Of a stretch of 64,000 bases of DNA, positions 14,335-26,874 are shown one piece after another. Positions within the stretch are counted from its first letter, which is position 1, and each line of letters starts with the position of its first letter. A model generated the notes under the pieces. It was not told the DNA's origin. It was given only the letters and a program-made list of their open reading frames with translations, and ran no database searches. This stretch comes from Antedon mediterranea (taxonomy: Eukaryota > Animalia > Echinodermata), in the NCBI RefSeq assembly GCF_964355755.1, contig NC_092672.1, positions 7,688,001 through 7,752,000 of the forward strand, given 5' to 3'. A program made the position numbers and the translations under genes.

Positions 14335-16630
14335 GACATGTTTCCAGAAACTATTCTCATCATCAGAACAGTAAACAACGCCTAGAGTGCTTATAAATTA
14401 TACCAGTAGGACATGTTGTATGTAAATAAGTAAGTAATTAACATAATAAAACAACAGGGAATGTAGGCAACAACCAATCATATGGCAAGTGTGACGCCTA
14501 AGTTATAGATTTGTTTGTTCAAGGAAGGTTTAATCCACGAGATGTGGAGGGCTTCCTTGACCTTAAGTTTGAAAGCTGAATCTGCAGAATCCAGAACGGT
14601 GAAGCAATCCGCATTAGCGAGGGCCTTACACCGTTCTGAATCCTGCAGATGTTGAAAAATGTGAGAAGCCTTGTCCCTGAAATGTTCACGCACCCGCATT
14701 GATAACCGTCTATTGGTTTCACCAATATACATGGAATTACATCCCATACATTTAAATGTATAAACAACACGAGAGCGGAACACATCATCAGGGACAGGGT
14801 CCTTAAGACTACACAAGTTTGAAATTTTGAATGATTTGAAAGCTAATTTAATATTAATACCTTTGCAATATTTACGTGTAATTTTGTCGATTCTTTGTTG
14901 TGCGCATTTGGCAAACTGTAAGTAAGGTAATTTAAAATAAAGAACATTGTTTTGTTCAATAATGGACTCAACTGACGCAACATTGCAAGGAGAAAAAAAT
15001 ATTATTAAGATATCTGTAAATATTGTCATTAATTATTCTGAGTGGAAAACAGTTTTTACTTAAAATGGTTTTAAGAGTTGAAATGTCATTGTTAAAGCTA
15101 GACCAGGAATTATTCAATTTGTAAACTCTATCAATCAAAGTAAGCCCAATTTTGTAAGACTAGATGGTACGCTCGCTTCGCTCGCATACCATCTAGGTCG
15201 TGCCCACAGATGGTTCTCGAATACATAATAATTTCAGCGTTAAAAAACTGGCGATTTCAAATGTACGTACCGCAGGACAATAATACATGTCGTTTAGGCT
15301 ACAGGAACGAATAAATAGACACTGATTTATGTACTCAACTAAATTTAGCACCCTGGGAATTACTTCCAAAAGAGAAACTTGTCACAAAATGAGACCAATT
15401 GTTTAAATTTAAACAAACTTAATTTGTGTTTTGTATGTAACATTAGGGTTGAGGGATGGGGAAGAGGATGGGTGCAAAGAGGAACAATTTTTAAATATAT
15501 TCTTTATCCATTTAGTAACGAAATATTAATTGTTTTCATGTTTTACAAATAATATACCACTACACACAGTAAAACATTGCGATTTAATACTTTGTTGAAA
15601 CTATCACCGTCATAGTCGATTGAAATAGTACAGTACATGTAACGATACATCACTACGACGTGTATTATATTTATATAATATAACACAATTTGTGAAAACC
15701 ACCTCTATTCGGGGAAAATCATAAATTCGATTTAATCGTCAATAAATATTAAATTATCTAACTCAACTTAATTAGTAGGCCTAATGGTTTTCAATTGTTT
15801 CTTAGAGCCAATTCATACTTAAGTTGGTTCCTACCCTACCTACCAACGCTACTCATGCCAGTGAGGGAAGGGTGGTGATGTGGGTGGTCTAACTGCAATA
15901 ATAAAGATGTGTACATAATATACGGCGAGTGAAAACGCTAGCTCATTATCCGTTAAAAAAAAAATGTGTATCCAACCTCTGCAGCACAGATTGAAATGGT
16001 GGGGGTGGTTGAAAAAAAAAATGGATCGAATTTCTGTTATGAGTATACAGTACTTGCCTTTACGACGCCTGAGGGAATAGACACTTGTGGAACAGAGATT
16101 GGAATGTTCCATTCATCGCAAATCAATACATTTGTATAAACGTATATTAAATCTATGAAAATAGTATTTTTTAAAGAAAATCGGCCTGTCTTCAACATTA
16201 TGATGCTGTACTCGAGCTGTTCAACCGGTTTTCAGCCATTAAAAACAATTATCGTAGGAGGAGATAGGAAAATGCGAAGCATCCTCGTATTATCGTCTGC
16301 GGGTATTTTTCAAGACGGACATCCATTAGACAGTGTATACCACGATCGAAAAACACCCCTATTTGGGGCAAATCGTTGAACCTAAATTCGTTTTAATCGT
16401 CAATAACTAATTATCGAACTCAATTTAATTAGTAAACAGGGTTACATCAGGCGGTTAAAATCAGTACCGAAAGTACGAACCAACTGTATATACCATCGAG
16501 TAAACATTCTAGAAATAACGCGCGATTTACCGAATTTTGCCCTTACGTAAATTTATATATAGAAAAGGAAGTGAAACTGTTAAAATTAGTGAGGAGACCC
16601 GTTAAGGTAGGCTTTATGAAGACCGAAGTT
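14335..16630 (-). mobile_element. Penelope-like retroelement 3' fragment (RT C-terminus plus GIY-YIG endonuclease)
   Basis: ORF 14478-15029 has VVYTFKC..C...YIGET.R.L..RVREH...KEALHI..KPSLNKQ. The upstream frame TSVFIKPTLTGLLTNFNSF|SYKIGL..LIDRVYKLNNSW is split by the insertion at 15160-16563. Confidence 0.85.
15160..16563 (-). mobile_element. Non-autonomous Helitron-like element (family A) nested in the Penelope remnant
   Basis: 5' TCTATATATAAA; 3' hairpin CTAGATGGTA...TACCATCTAG ending in CTAG; no TSD; a related copy starts at 31290. Confidence 0.75.
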
Positions 16631-18260
16631 ATTTTTTAAAATAATATTTATTATTTTTTCTGACACTTTCAGGAATCGTTGATGATGCAGAGTTCTTTGT
16701 CTTTGTGACTTCAAACTGAGAGTGAAGTGGATAAAAAGATGACATCGGTACCTACCGACATTGTCATACCCAAACTATAATTTAATTATTTAAAACAAAA
16801 TTTTGAATTACAAATATATATGTATGTATGTTGCAGAGGATTTAGATGAATTACAATACAAATATTTATGTTGAATGCAAACCTACTACACTATACTCTG
16901 TAAATTATGTTATTGTCATGTGGCAGACCTTAAAAATTGAATATTTATTGTATGTTAGGCCTATTTTATATTTCATTAATACTGTATTCATTTAATATTA
17001 CTATTATTATAATTTATATTATACAGTACTAGTTTGTACATGTTTTTACCCAAAAAAAAAAAAAATGAATAAATAATTTGTTATTCAATCTAATTGCTTG
17101 TTTGTTCATCAATAACAAAACAATTGTAAGCAAGTATATAACAGTTCTTGTTAGCCGCTTATTTCCGGTCATATTATTAATATTAGCTAGGCCCGACGCG
17201 CCCGATCACAACGTCACTAAGTGACTTTCCGCCCCTGGAACAATCGGTCGCTAATAGGGCTAGGCCTCAGACTCGTATAAAAGCTATTATAATAGTTATG
17301 ATAAATATTCCTCAACTAAAATGTATACTGTGATAAATAAACAAGTAATAATATACGTTGTATTGGAATGTATTTATTTATATGAATTCTTATACGCGGA
17401 CAATTATAAACATCGCGTATATCGTTCGATATAAATAAATTCATAAACACGATGACGATGTGTTTACAAAATGGCGGTTTCGCTAGTTTTCGATGGAACA
17501 AATAGTGGTACCTTTAGTTTGAATAGTCGGAGCTGCATCCCAACCACCAAATTTTGTATCTTAATATCGTATTCTGTAGATTATTAATTTTTCTAACAGG
17601 GATTTTAAATTCAGGACTGTTCAATTTTTCTAAATATTTTATTTTAATGATTTTCTAGGGTACAATTTCGAAAAAAAGACATTGGTTGATTTTGCCGTTA
17701 AATTACAGATTATCGTTTTGTTCAAATACATTTAATTTTACATGACAATATATTAAAACCATTTATGAATTTATTTCACTAACAATATTTTTCCGTTAAT
17801 CAGCTAAATTTACAAATATTGTGTTTTTCCAACACCCTAAAATTTAGCAATTTTGAACTAAATTTGAAAAGTAGGGCGCCCTCTTCGAATCGAAATTTGA
17901 CACGATTTGTCGACTGGCTGTCCCACTGCATATATATAATAATTACCTGAAAAATTATGGGAAGTAAAGCGATAATTACCTATTATTCCAGAAGATGCTG
18001 TATGCCTAATACGAAGTAATCATTCGGTTATTTAAACCTCCAAAAAAGCAATAGAAATTCATTCTGAAATAAAACTTGTTTTATGCAGTTCTGCAAAATT
18101 TGACGACTAGTAAACTCTTGCAAAAATTGTAAGACTTTTTTTGAAAAAAAGACTAGTATTAATTCAAAGTTTGTGTACTAGAACATGACTACACATGAAT
18201 TGTTGTTTTCTGAGTTCATATAAACCTTAGCATACTAATACAGTACAAGAAGATTATGGC

Positions 18261-18404
18261 CTGTCTACACTATCAAACTTTATGTGACAACAAATGTGAT
18301 GTGCCTATATATGAATATATCACTACCATATTTGGGCATATCACTACCACATTTGGGCATCATATCACACTTTTTTTGTCCAATTAGTTTGATAGTGTAG
18401 ACAG
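18261..18404. mobile_element. MITE
   Basis: 19-bp TIR CTGTCTACACTATCAAACT / AGTTTGATAGTGTAGACAG. Confidence 0.8.
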
Positions 18405-20219
18405 AGTTTTACTTACTAGTTGATGTTGAGTGCCCGGAAGGTTTATTGGTTATACTATCATTCGAACGTTGCCATCCACTCACATTAGTCCAACCATCAA
18501 AACCATGTTCAAAGTCAGCGCAAATACCATCTGTTTCTATATTAAAATAAGGTTAAGAAAAATGTAAACATATTACAGTTTCATAAATGTATTTTAGAAA
18601 TTGTTTCAATAATAAATATAGCGTTGATAGGTTATTTGCAATATATTGAAATCAAATAATATTGGACATTAATATAACATTTCCAGTCACAAAGATGTGG
18701 CAATAATACAAAACAAAAAAAACATGAACCTATGAATTAGATAAATGTTGTACCGGTCAGTCCACCACATGGCTGTTTACTATACTGGTTTGCATATGAG
18801 GCCTAGTCACTAGGTTTTCATGTCTAATTATTGTGCTTGCTTGTTATGCAATCATAAATACTTATAAACATAAAACATTAACCTTTAAAGTAATATTCGT
18901 AAGTAAGTATTCATAAATCGACAATTATTTGCGAAAAAAATCCAAATTTAATGAGAATTTCGGAAGAATGAACAACTAAATGAATTGAATAACTGCCAAG
19001 GTTAGTTTTTGAAAAGTTTTGTTTTTTCGTAAAGAATTTATGAATATTTAAAAACCAGATGAACATGTTTAATCACCCACCGTTGTACACTTTAATATTA
19101 GCAAGGAAACCTATACGTTGTCCACTACTGTCGGTGCGAAACATAACAATGAATGTGTTAAGCCTGGTTTCCAGTCGACGTAAGAAATTAGAATTTCTTA
19201 CGATTGCGTCGTTTTTACATTGGAAATTGAAAATCGACAGGAAACCGGTTGAAAAAAGCTAAATGTCAAAACGACGTAACGCAAGTAGAAATCGTCGTAG
19301 TACAAGTGTTTGACAGGAAACCGGTGACTGAAGCTTCCGTCTGTTACGTCGATATTCGACGGTTCGACAGGAAACCGGTGAATTTCTGGATGAACATGCC
19401 TTACGATTCGATTTTATACCCTTCCGCTTACGCTTACGAAAGTTGACTTGAAGTCAACTTTCGTAAGCGTAAGCGCAATGATCGTAAGAACCAGCCAATC
19501 AGTGACGAGGATTATGTGACGTTGGCAAGAAGGTCAAAGCTTCGAAAGGTGATAGAAAGTAGAAAGTACCGTATATATTAAGAATTGTTGACAATAATGA
19601 TACGTAAATAAACATGAACCACTTTTTTTTTTCAATTCGTGATAGAATGTAATAATTTAGGTGGATGAAATACGAAATAGATGTAAGAAATATACAAAAT
19701 TGTCTTGCTTGTTACTTATTATAATTATATAAACATTATAAAAATACGATATAATGGGTAAAAATAATACACACAGACGGACTAAATTAAAAACGTTATG
19801 GCAATACCATTTCATAAAATGTCAGAGAACAGTGTCATCATCAGGATCATCAGTATAACAATACGTTCACCTGGCATAGTTTGCGTTCAAAAGCAGGTGA
19901 GGAAAAGTTACGTAATGATTTTGTTTTAATTGTATGATGAAGGTAGGTTGGGAAATAAATTAATGATATATATTTATTAAATTCACCCAAGTGTTTGCTT
20001 GAATCATGGATTAAAGAATAGATTCTTTAATCCATGCTTGAATCTAAACACAATTTATAGGCATATGATAATTCATTTGATAATGAAAATAAATAATTAT
20101 AATTAGCCTACATCATTTGAATTTATTTATAAAAAAGGAAATAAAAACCGGGTAAAAAAATCCAATAGATGAACTGTAGGCCTATATGTAAATAACATCG
20201 CCGGGTAAAAAAATCCAAT

Positions 20220-22568
20220 AGATGTAAAGAAGTCCGTGTGTTTGACGCTATTCAAGCTTATCTTTGTCTATATGACAAAAATACCAAAGAATACAAAAGT
20301 GGAAAACGGGGAAAAAAAATGCGTGGGGAAGCTGTTTCTAAAGATGTTAACGTCGCAGTAGAAGAGTGCCAACAAATTTATAACACTCGAAGAACAGCAT
20401 TTTCCAGGTAGAGTGTAAGGCCTAGGCTAGGCCCTTATTATTATTATTATAATCATAATTATAGTTATTATAATAATCGTTATTATTATTATTGTAATAA
20501 TAATTATAATTATTATTACTTTTGTAGACATCTAAAGAAGGTTAGGGCTAGTGTCCGTAGTGGTGCAGGCAGGGATGACATCCTCCCAATTGGCCATGAG
20601 TGGGAACACATGAGATGGTTGATTAAACATATAAATCATAGGAAGACACTAGAGTCCGAAGAAATGTCGATTTCATTAACCGAGTCGGAAGCTTCATCTG
20701 AATGCACACGGCTTTTTTTCCGAAACTCAACAAGTGTTGGAGCTGGACTTTGACGACTCAGGTAAATAATTGTATTTATCAACCACCACACACTAAATTT
20801 TTTATCACACTATTTGAAATGAGGATAAACAAATAAAAGTAATTTTACATCTCAATATCTCATTAACAACATTTAATAACATCTTCAAGTAGCAATCAAA
20901 TATAAATATTTGTTAACGTTCTGCAACATCAGCAATATATTTAAATAATTTTTGCTCATGTAAAATCGATTTTTATTTGGAAATGTAAACCATAGTACAA
21001 GGACAAGACAACAAAAAATAATTATGAATGCAAGTTATAGCAAGCATAAACTACAACATTGTTATTTTTTTCTTCAATAAACAAGATTTGTCAATATTAA
21101 AAATTACTCAGAACATACTTGAAAATAGATTTAAAAAAATGTCATATAGATTATTTACAAAACAGGAAGATTACAAATACATATTTTAAACAATTTACTA
21201 ACAACACTTTTAAGATGCCAAAGGACCGCAATTGTGTACCACATCATACTGCCAAGGAACAGCACCTTCCTGGCTGTTAAAGTAGTCTCGAAACCTATCT
21301 CTTGTTTCTTTGGCAGTAGCCGTATAATTGTTTGACCCCACACTTCTTATATTTTGAAGGCCAGTTTCATCATCTTACACAACACTGCGCCATTCCCCTT
21401 CTTTAAATTCTGCATTGCTCCAGCTGTCAACAAACCCGCTGGGTATGTAGTGTGCGTTATCAGTTTGCATTAGGTAATTGTGTAGGCAGATTACAGCTTT
21501 TGTAATCTGGTCAACAGTTTCAATATTTGCTCTTATAGGACGCCTAAATATGCGCCACCTTGCAGCCATTACACCAAAGGTGTTTTCGATGGTTGGGCGT
21601 CCTCTCGATGTCCTATAATTTGCCACTTCCTCTTCATCAGTCAAATTGTTGCCACCATATGGTTTTATTAACCAAGTTTTAAGAGGAAATATATCATCCC
21701 CTAATAAAACATAAGGCAATTGTTGACCACCCACAACCGATGGTGGTGGCAGCTTTAGCGTTCCAAAATCAGCTCTTTTGAAAAATGATGACGCACCAAA
21801 AATAGCGGAATCATTGTCCCGCCCATATGAGCCAATGCTTGTCCATACAAATGAGTAACTGGCATCACAAATTGCCATTAATACTGTACTATGAAAGCCT
21901 TTATAGTTATAGTACATCGAGCCGCCAAATTTGGGACACTCGATAGCAATGTGCTTACCGTCTACTGCACCAATCGCATGAGGAACATTCCAATCATTTT
22001 CAAATTTTTCTGCAATTGTCATCCATTCACTCTCACTTGAGGGTAGCCTTAGGTATTTCTTATTTAAAGCTGTCCAAATTGAATCACAAACTTCCCGGAT
22101 TATGTTAGAAACTGTTGCACGACCAACCCGAAAGTTAAATGTTTGTGATGCCATCGAATCACCCGTAGCCAGATAACGCAAAGTTATCACAAGCCTTTCT
22201 TCTGCTGAAATTGCAGTACGACCTCTGTCTTGTCTTATCTTTAGATAGGGCTCAACCGCAGACAGAAGATGACTAAATCTTTCCGGCGTCATCCTTAAAT
22301 ACCTGAAGACAATAAACAAAATTATAAATAACAAAAAATAATATTTTACATTTACATTACTACAAAATAGTTTGTACCAACACTACATACTTTCAAGGCT
22401 TAAAAATAAAAAAAAACATTATTTATTGTCATTTTAGGAGAAGGTACTGAGTTGCAAAATGAAACAGAAGAAGCCGACTTATTGGGTAATGTCTCGGACG
22501 ACTTGGAAGACAAGGAAGATATGGAACTACAAATTATGCAATTGTTCCGTGACTATTTTAAGAAGTAA
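20220..22568 (+). pseudogene. Harbinger accessory MADF/Myb-like gene, frameshifted
   Basis: Fragments LYDKNTKEYK..KNAW, EECQQIYNTRRTAFSR|HLKKVRASVRSGAG...WEHMRWL; donor at 20761; probable last exon 22438-22568 (DMELQIMQLFRDYFKK*). Confidence 0.7.
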
Positions 22569-23450
22569 TAACAGAATTGATTTGCCAAATGTCAAAGTTA
22601 ATTCATGATTAGTAAATGTATTATTTGTGATTATGTTATGTATTCAATCTTCTACGGCAATAAATGCACTTTTGTTTGGGATATTTTATTTAGACTACAA
22701 TTGTTCATTGTGTACTGCATGCACTATTTAATCAATTTAGATTTTAATTTTTCAACATAATAATAACAGTAGGAGTAATACATACTTCCTATCCGTTTAG
22801 TACTTCTCTAGGCTACCACTGTAGATGGGTGTACAGTAGTAGTAGTAGTGTAGACCATGTGTGGACTGGATTCTAGTTGTAGTAACCTACCTACTTTACT
22901 AGCCTAGAATAAAGATCTGTCTAGGAGTGTCTTGATCATAGCATATAGGCCTAAATACTGTAAGCCTATATAGGCCTATCCTAGCCTAGGCCTATTTTAC
23001 TCACCATCGTCTTTATATAGACGCCAGCTCGGCGGCTGAAATGAACTGTGACCTTCATCTTTATTTAGCCAGGTCCATGTATGATGGCCATGTACTCTAC
23101 TAGGCCTAGGCCTAGGGCCTTTATAATTATAAATGCAAATTACAATTAAACATCTAGGCCTAGGCCTAAAAGTAAAAAGATATTAATAATAATTAAATGT
23201 TATTAATATATATATAGGCCTAGGCCTACCTAAAAAACCATTCTCTGTCGTTTTTTATCAGGGTCTTAAATAATGTATGGTACTGCCCGAACTCTATTCT
23301 TTCTTTTAGCACTTTCCTCTCCCAGAACTTGTGGATTCTTGGTTCTTTGTTCAACTCCTTTCTCCTCTAATCCTTCTCGTTAATATTCTTAAATATAGTA
23401 TCTTTTTGGCCAACTCACGTCCTCTCCTACGAATAACCATATTGAAATCG
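21210..23450 (-). pseudogene. Harbinger DDE transposase (HARBI1-like), two exons
   Basis: ORF 21375-22334 has LRYLATG, GAVDGKH, YYNYKGFHS, LLGDDIFPL and IENTFG. The TAA at 21375 is premature (the frame continues to ...RDYFNSQEGAVPWQ). The upstream exon ends at 23230 (GQYHTLFKTLIKNDREWFFR). Confidence 0.88.
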
Positions 23451-26400
23451 CACTGCACTGTTTATGTTTTGGAAAATGGCCTCCTCTCTTTTCGCGAGGA
23501 GGAATTGTGTGAGCCATGTGTTGTCGGAAGGAAAAAATTCAACTCGACGTAAGCGCAAGAAGGACAGACTTGCGATAAATTCAACTTTCGTAACGACGGA
23601 ATCAGCACATGTAATAATCTAAATTTTTGCGGTCCAACGCGATTATGACAATTTTGTGTCGACGTTAGTTTTTTGTCTACTGATCGGAACGCAAGCGTAA
23701 TCGTAAGAAAACGACGCAATCGTAAGCGGAAGCAAGTCTTACGTCGACTGGAAACCAGGCTTTACTTGTCGACAAGGTGTCTTGTGGCAAGTCTGTATCG
23801 CAGTATTTGACAGTAGTACTTCCGTCGTCAACTCACACATAGTCATGACAGTTGAGTTCGAGAAGAAAATCAGAGAATTTGAGCAATAGTAAATGTCCAG
23901 AATTTGTACGAAACGTCCAATTGTAGCTCAGATTATCATCATAGTAGCTGGGATAATTTGGTGATGTAATATTCCTAGACTGCTTTGGACATAGAAAGTA
24001 CTCGTCAGACCATTCCGTTTGACCTTTAAAAATAAAAAAAACTCATTTGTTTTTTATATCCTAAACAACATAGACAAACAATATGATTTTTTTTCAATTA
24101 CACCCTAGTATTTTTTTAATTGTTTATAGGCCTAATCGTCATCATCATAATTTGATATTTTTACTATAGATAGTCTTTCTTTCCTAGGAACATTTCCCGG
24201 GACATTCATTAAATACATAGGCCATTGGCTCGAATACAACACAAATTTAAATAATTTACAATAAAGTAAATTTATGTGTGTGTTAAATAATGCTTTCTCT
24301 TTTTATAAGCAACGTAAATGAACGATTAAAACATTTGTATACCCGAAAATATTAACACAGATATTAAATCAAATATTGCACAACTATCACAAGAATCATC
24401 AATGTAATTTTTGGCAAGTAAAAAGTAATACAGGATTATCACACACTTATTTGAATATATTTTTATAAAGATATAACATTAGCAGTTGGTCCATCTACAA
24501 GTTACACAGTCACACATTATTTATTCTTTCCAACAATTGTATTAAAAAATAATGTTTGTAAAATGTTAAGATAATCTTAATCAATCATAAGATCAATTTA
24601 AGAAAGTTACAACACACAAAGATTATGAGCTTATTTCGATTCTAAAAACATGATAATTGATAGAATAACACAATAGATTCAGGACGACCCTATTAATCCT
24701 TTAAGATGTATTTCCCCCCTCCCCAAAATATGTAATAAAAAAGATTAAATAAAAGAATGGAATGAAGAATATACATTCTTTCCTTTAAAAAAAAAACAAA
24801 CAATAATTCCACTTAAAAAAACTTACATAGAACATAAACGGAAAAATCCAAAAGTCATTGTCTGACAGACAATTTAAATTACAGTTTTGCAGGTGAATAC
24901 TTTTTTTCAACCTAATTTCAATCGAGATAAATAATAACTATTATGTTCAATTAAAATGGCATTATTAAAACATATTTTCAAGGAGACAATTTATCTTTAA
25001 CACAGAAGAATTAGTGTCCATTGTGGTCCTAAAAAGTATGAAACTAAAAAAAAATCATAGTTAAACTTACCAACAGAAAAGTAGTTTAGGTTGATAACAA
25101 GGAATAGAAATGTTATCAACAGAACACGTTCTATAGTAACTTAGAACAGGCGACGATGATGAAATATTTTTACTATTAAATTAAAGAAATACAGTAGGCC
25201 TGTACATACTGCATATGAATTTTATAGAAATCATAACACTCCAATCCTAACATCAGATTTAACCGTCTTAATTATTCTTCTCTGTTAATATTCTACATAT
25301 TGGAGTATTTTATGAATTTAATGATGACAATATTACACATTATTTCAAGTGCTATGGTTTGCAATTACCATTTCTTAGTAAACTCAACATATTTATTATT
25401 AGATTTTAATCTCCATCGTTACTATGGAAAGAACATTAATTTGTTAAGAGTAAACAACATTCAAGCGTGTCATCACTAATAATTTTTTTATAGGATGCGA
25501 AATGAAAAGCATCTAAGTTGTTGGAAAGGGTTATTTACTTACAACTCAGTAATTATATTGAAGAAAACAACATGATTTAATAAATTGCAATCAGGCTTTA
25601 GAAATCTCTATTCTACCAACACGTGTCTAATTATCTTCCTTACAGATCACATAAGCAAAAAACAGGTGGAAGCAGGATGGCATTTCGACGAATAAATAAT
25701 TAACGAATGAGTTGTTGTTGACGAATTTGGAAAAAAAAACTTTAAAAAAATAACAATGGAGTCAGCAGCTGAAAGAACGAAGCGACGAAATACAACGATG
25801 CCATTTGATTGTCAAATAAACCCATTTAGCCTACAGTATTAGAACAATTTTATAAAATAGACTGATTGATAATATGTACCGTAAACTATGCTCGCATGTG
25901 CTACAATTATGTATAGCTTGCACTACTGAGCTAATATAGGGTCTACCGGTATGTGAAGTAGACTGCAACATGTTCTAGACTTACCTTGCCTTTGAGGTTG
26001 AGAGCTGCAGTACGTTAGGCCTAGAATGTCCGTCGTCGTCATGAACACTATAATTTCCTGACGTTTTTAATTTCTTTTTAAACTAGTTGACATACAAAAT
26101 TACTGAAAATACAAATGTATATGTATATTAATTGCAATTTTTGGGTACATGTACGGGTATTTATTGATTATTTGACTAAACATACAGTATATTGGATAAT
26201 GTACGATGTCGACAAAGGTTTCAAAACAATGACACGTGACAATTAATACTTGTTTATCATATTGCTGTCTGACATGATTTATTTTACAAAATATTACTGA
26301 AATGAAAAATAGTAACATTGTAATTAAGTTATTAAATGAAATAAATTGTAGATTACAGATTTATTTAATATTTAAATGATTTTCCACAAAGTTCGATCAA

Positions 26401-26874
26401 ACAAAGATCTCGTGATAACCTCCAGTAATTATGCAAATAGTGTGATTTAATTAATACATGTATGTATATGACGTTACTACTAATACCGGTAGTTCTACAA
26501 ATATTAAATTAATACAACAGATTAAAAACCGACTATCAAAATAATTTATAAACATATTTATTAATTCATTACAATCTCTAAAAGACGACCTCATTGAATA
26601 CGGTAGTGTTGCACCATTCGACACAAAGCAGTTCTACATGTGTTTTAAAGGTAATCAGAAAAAACAATAATTTTAACACATTAATTTAAAATAAAATACA
26701 CAGCACTATATACAATACATAAACAAATGCAAATGGTTTATGTTGGTGTGGTTTTATCAAAGTTTGCGTCCAGGATCGGTCTTTGTTGGCCCTAATTAGC
26801 CCTGAATGAGGATAGTGAATTACTGAAATATTATGGCTACATTATCTATAAATCACATTATTTAGTCACGTTGC

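Larger units (their letters stand above)
19161..23761. mobile_element. PIF/Harbinger DNA transposon, full length but degenerate
   Basis: 25-bp perfect TIR AGCCTGGTTTCCAGTCGACGTAAGA at 19161-19185 and 23737-23761; TTA TSD at 19158-60 and 23762-64; removing the element restores the CUB exon. Confidence 0.95.
11805..25134 (-). pseudogene. RTK1 pseudogene (CUB-MAM-kinase paralogue of RTK2)
   Basis: Signal exon 25071-25134 has ATA in place of ATG. CUB exon (19081-19160 + 23765-24023) has an in-frame TGA at 23833-35 and is split by a Harbinger. MAM exon 18417-18536 is present, but only about 17 nt of MAM exon 2 remain (near 17930-17946). Stalk, TM and N-lobe exons are absent. C-lobe exons are 13774-13985, 13397-13534 and 12141-12279; the last exon from 12026 has an early TAA at 12009-11. 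Confidence 0.85.

Noticed and set aside
23833-23835. In-frame TGA as possible selenocysteine or readthrough
   Set aside because: It aligns to TCA (Ser) in the paralogues, and the gene has several other disabling lesions.
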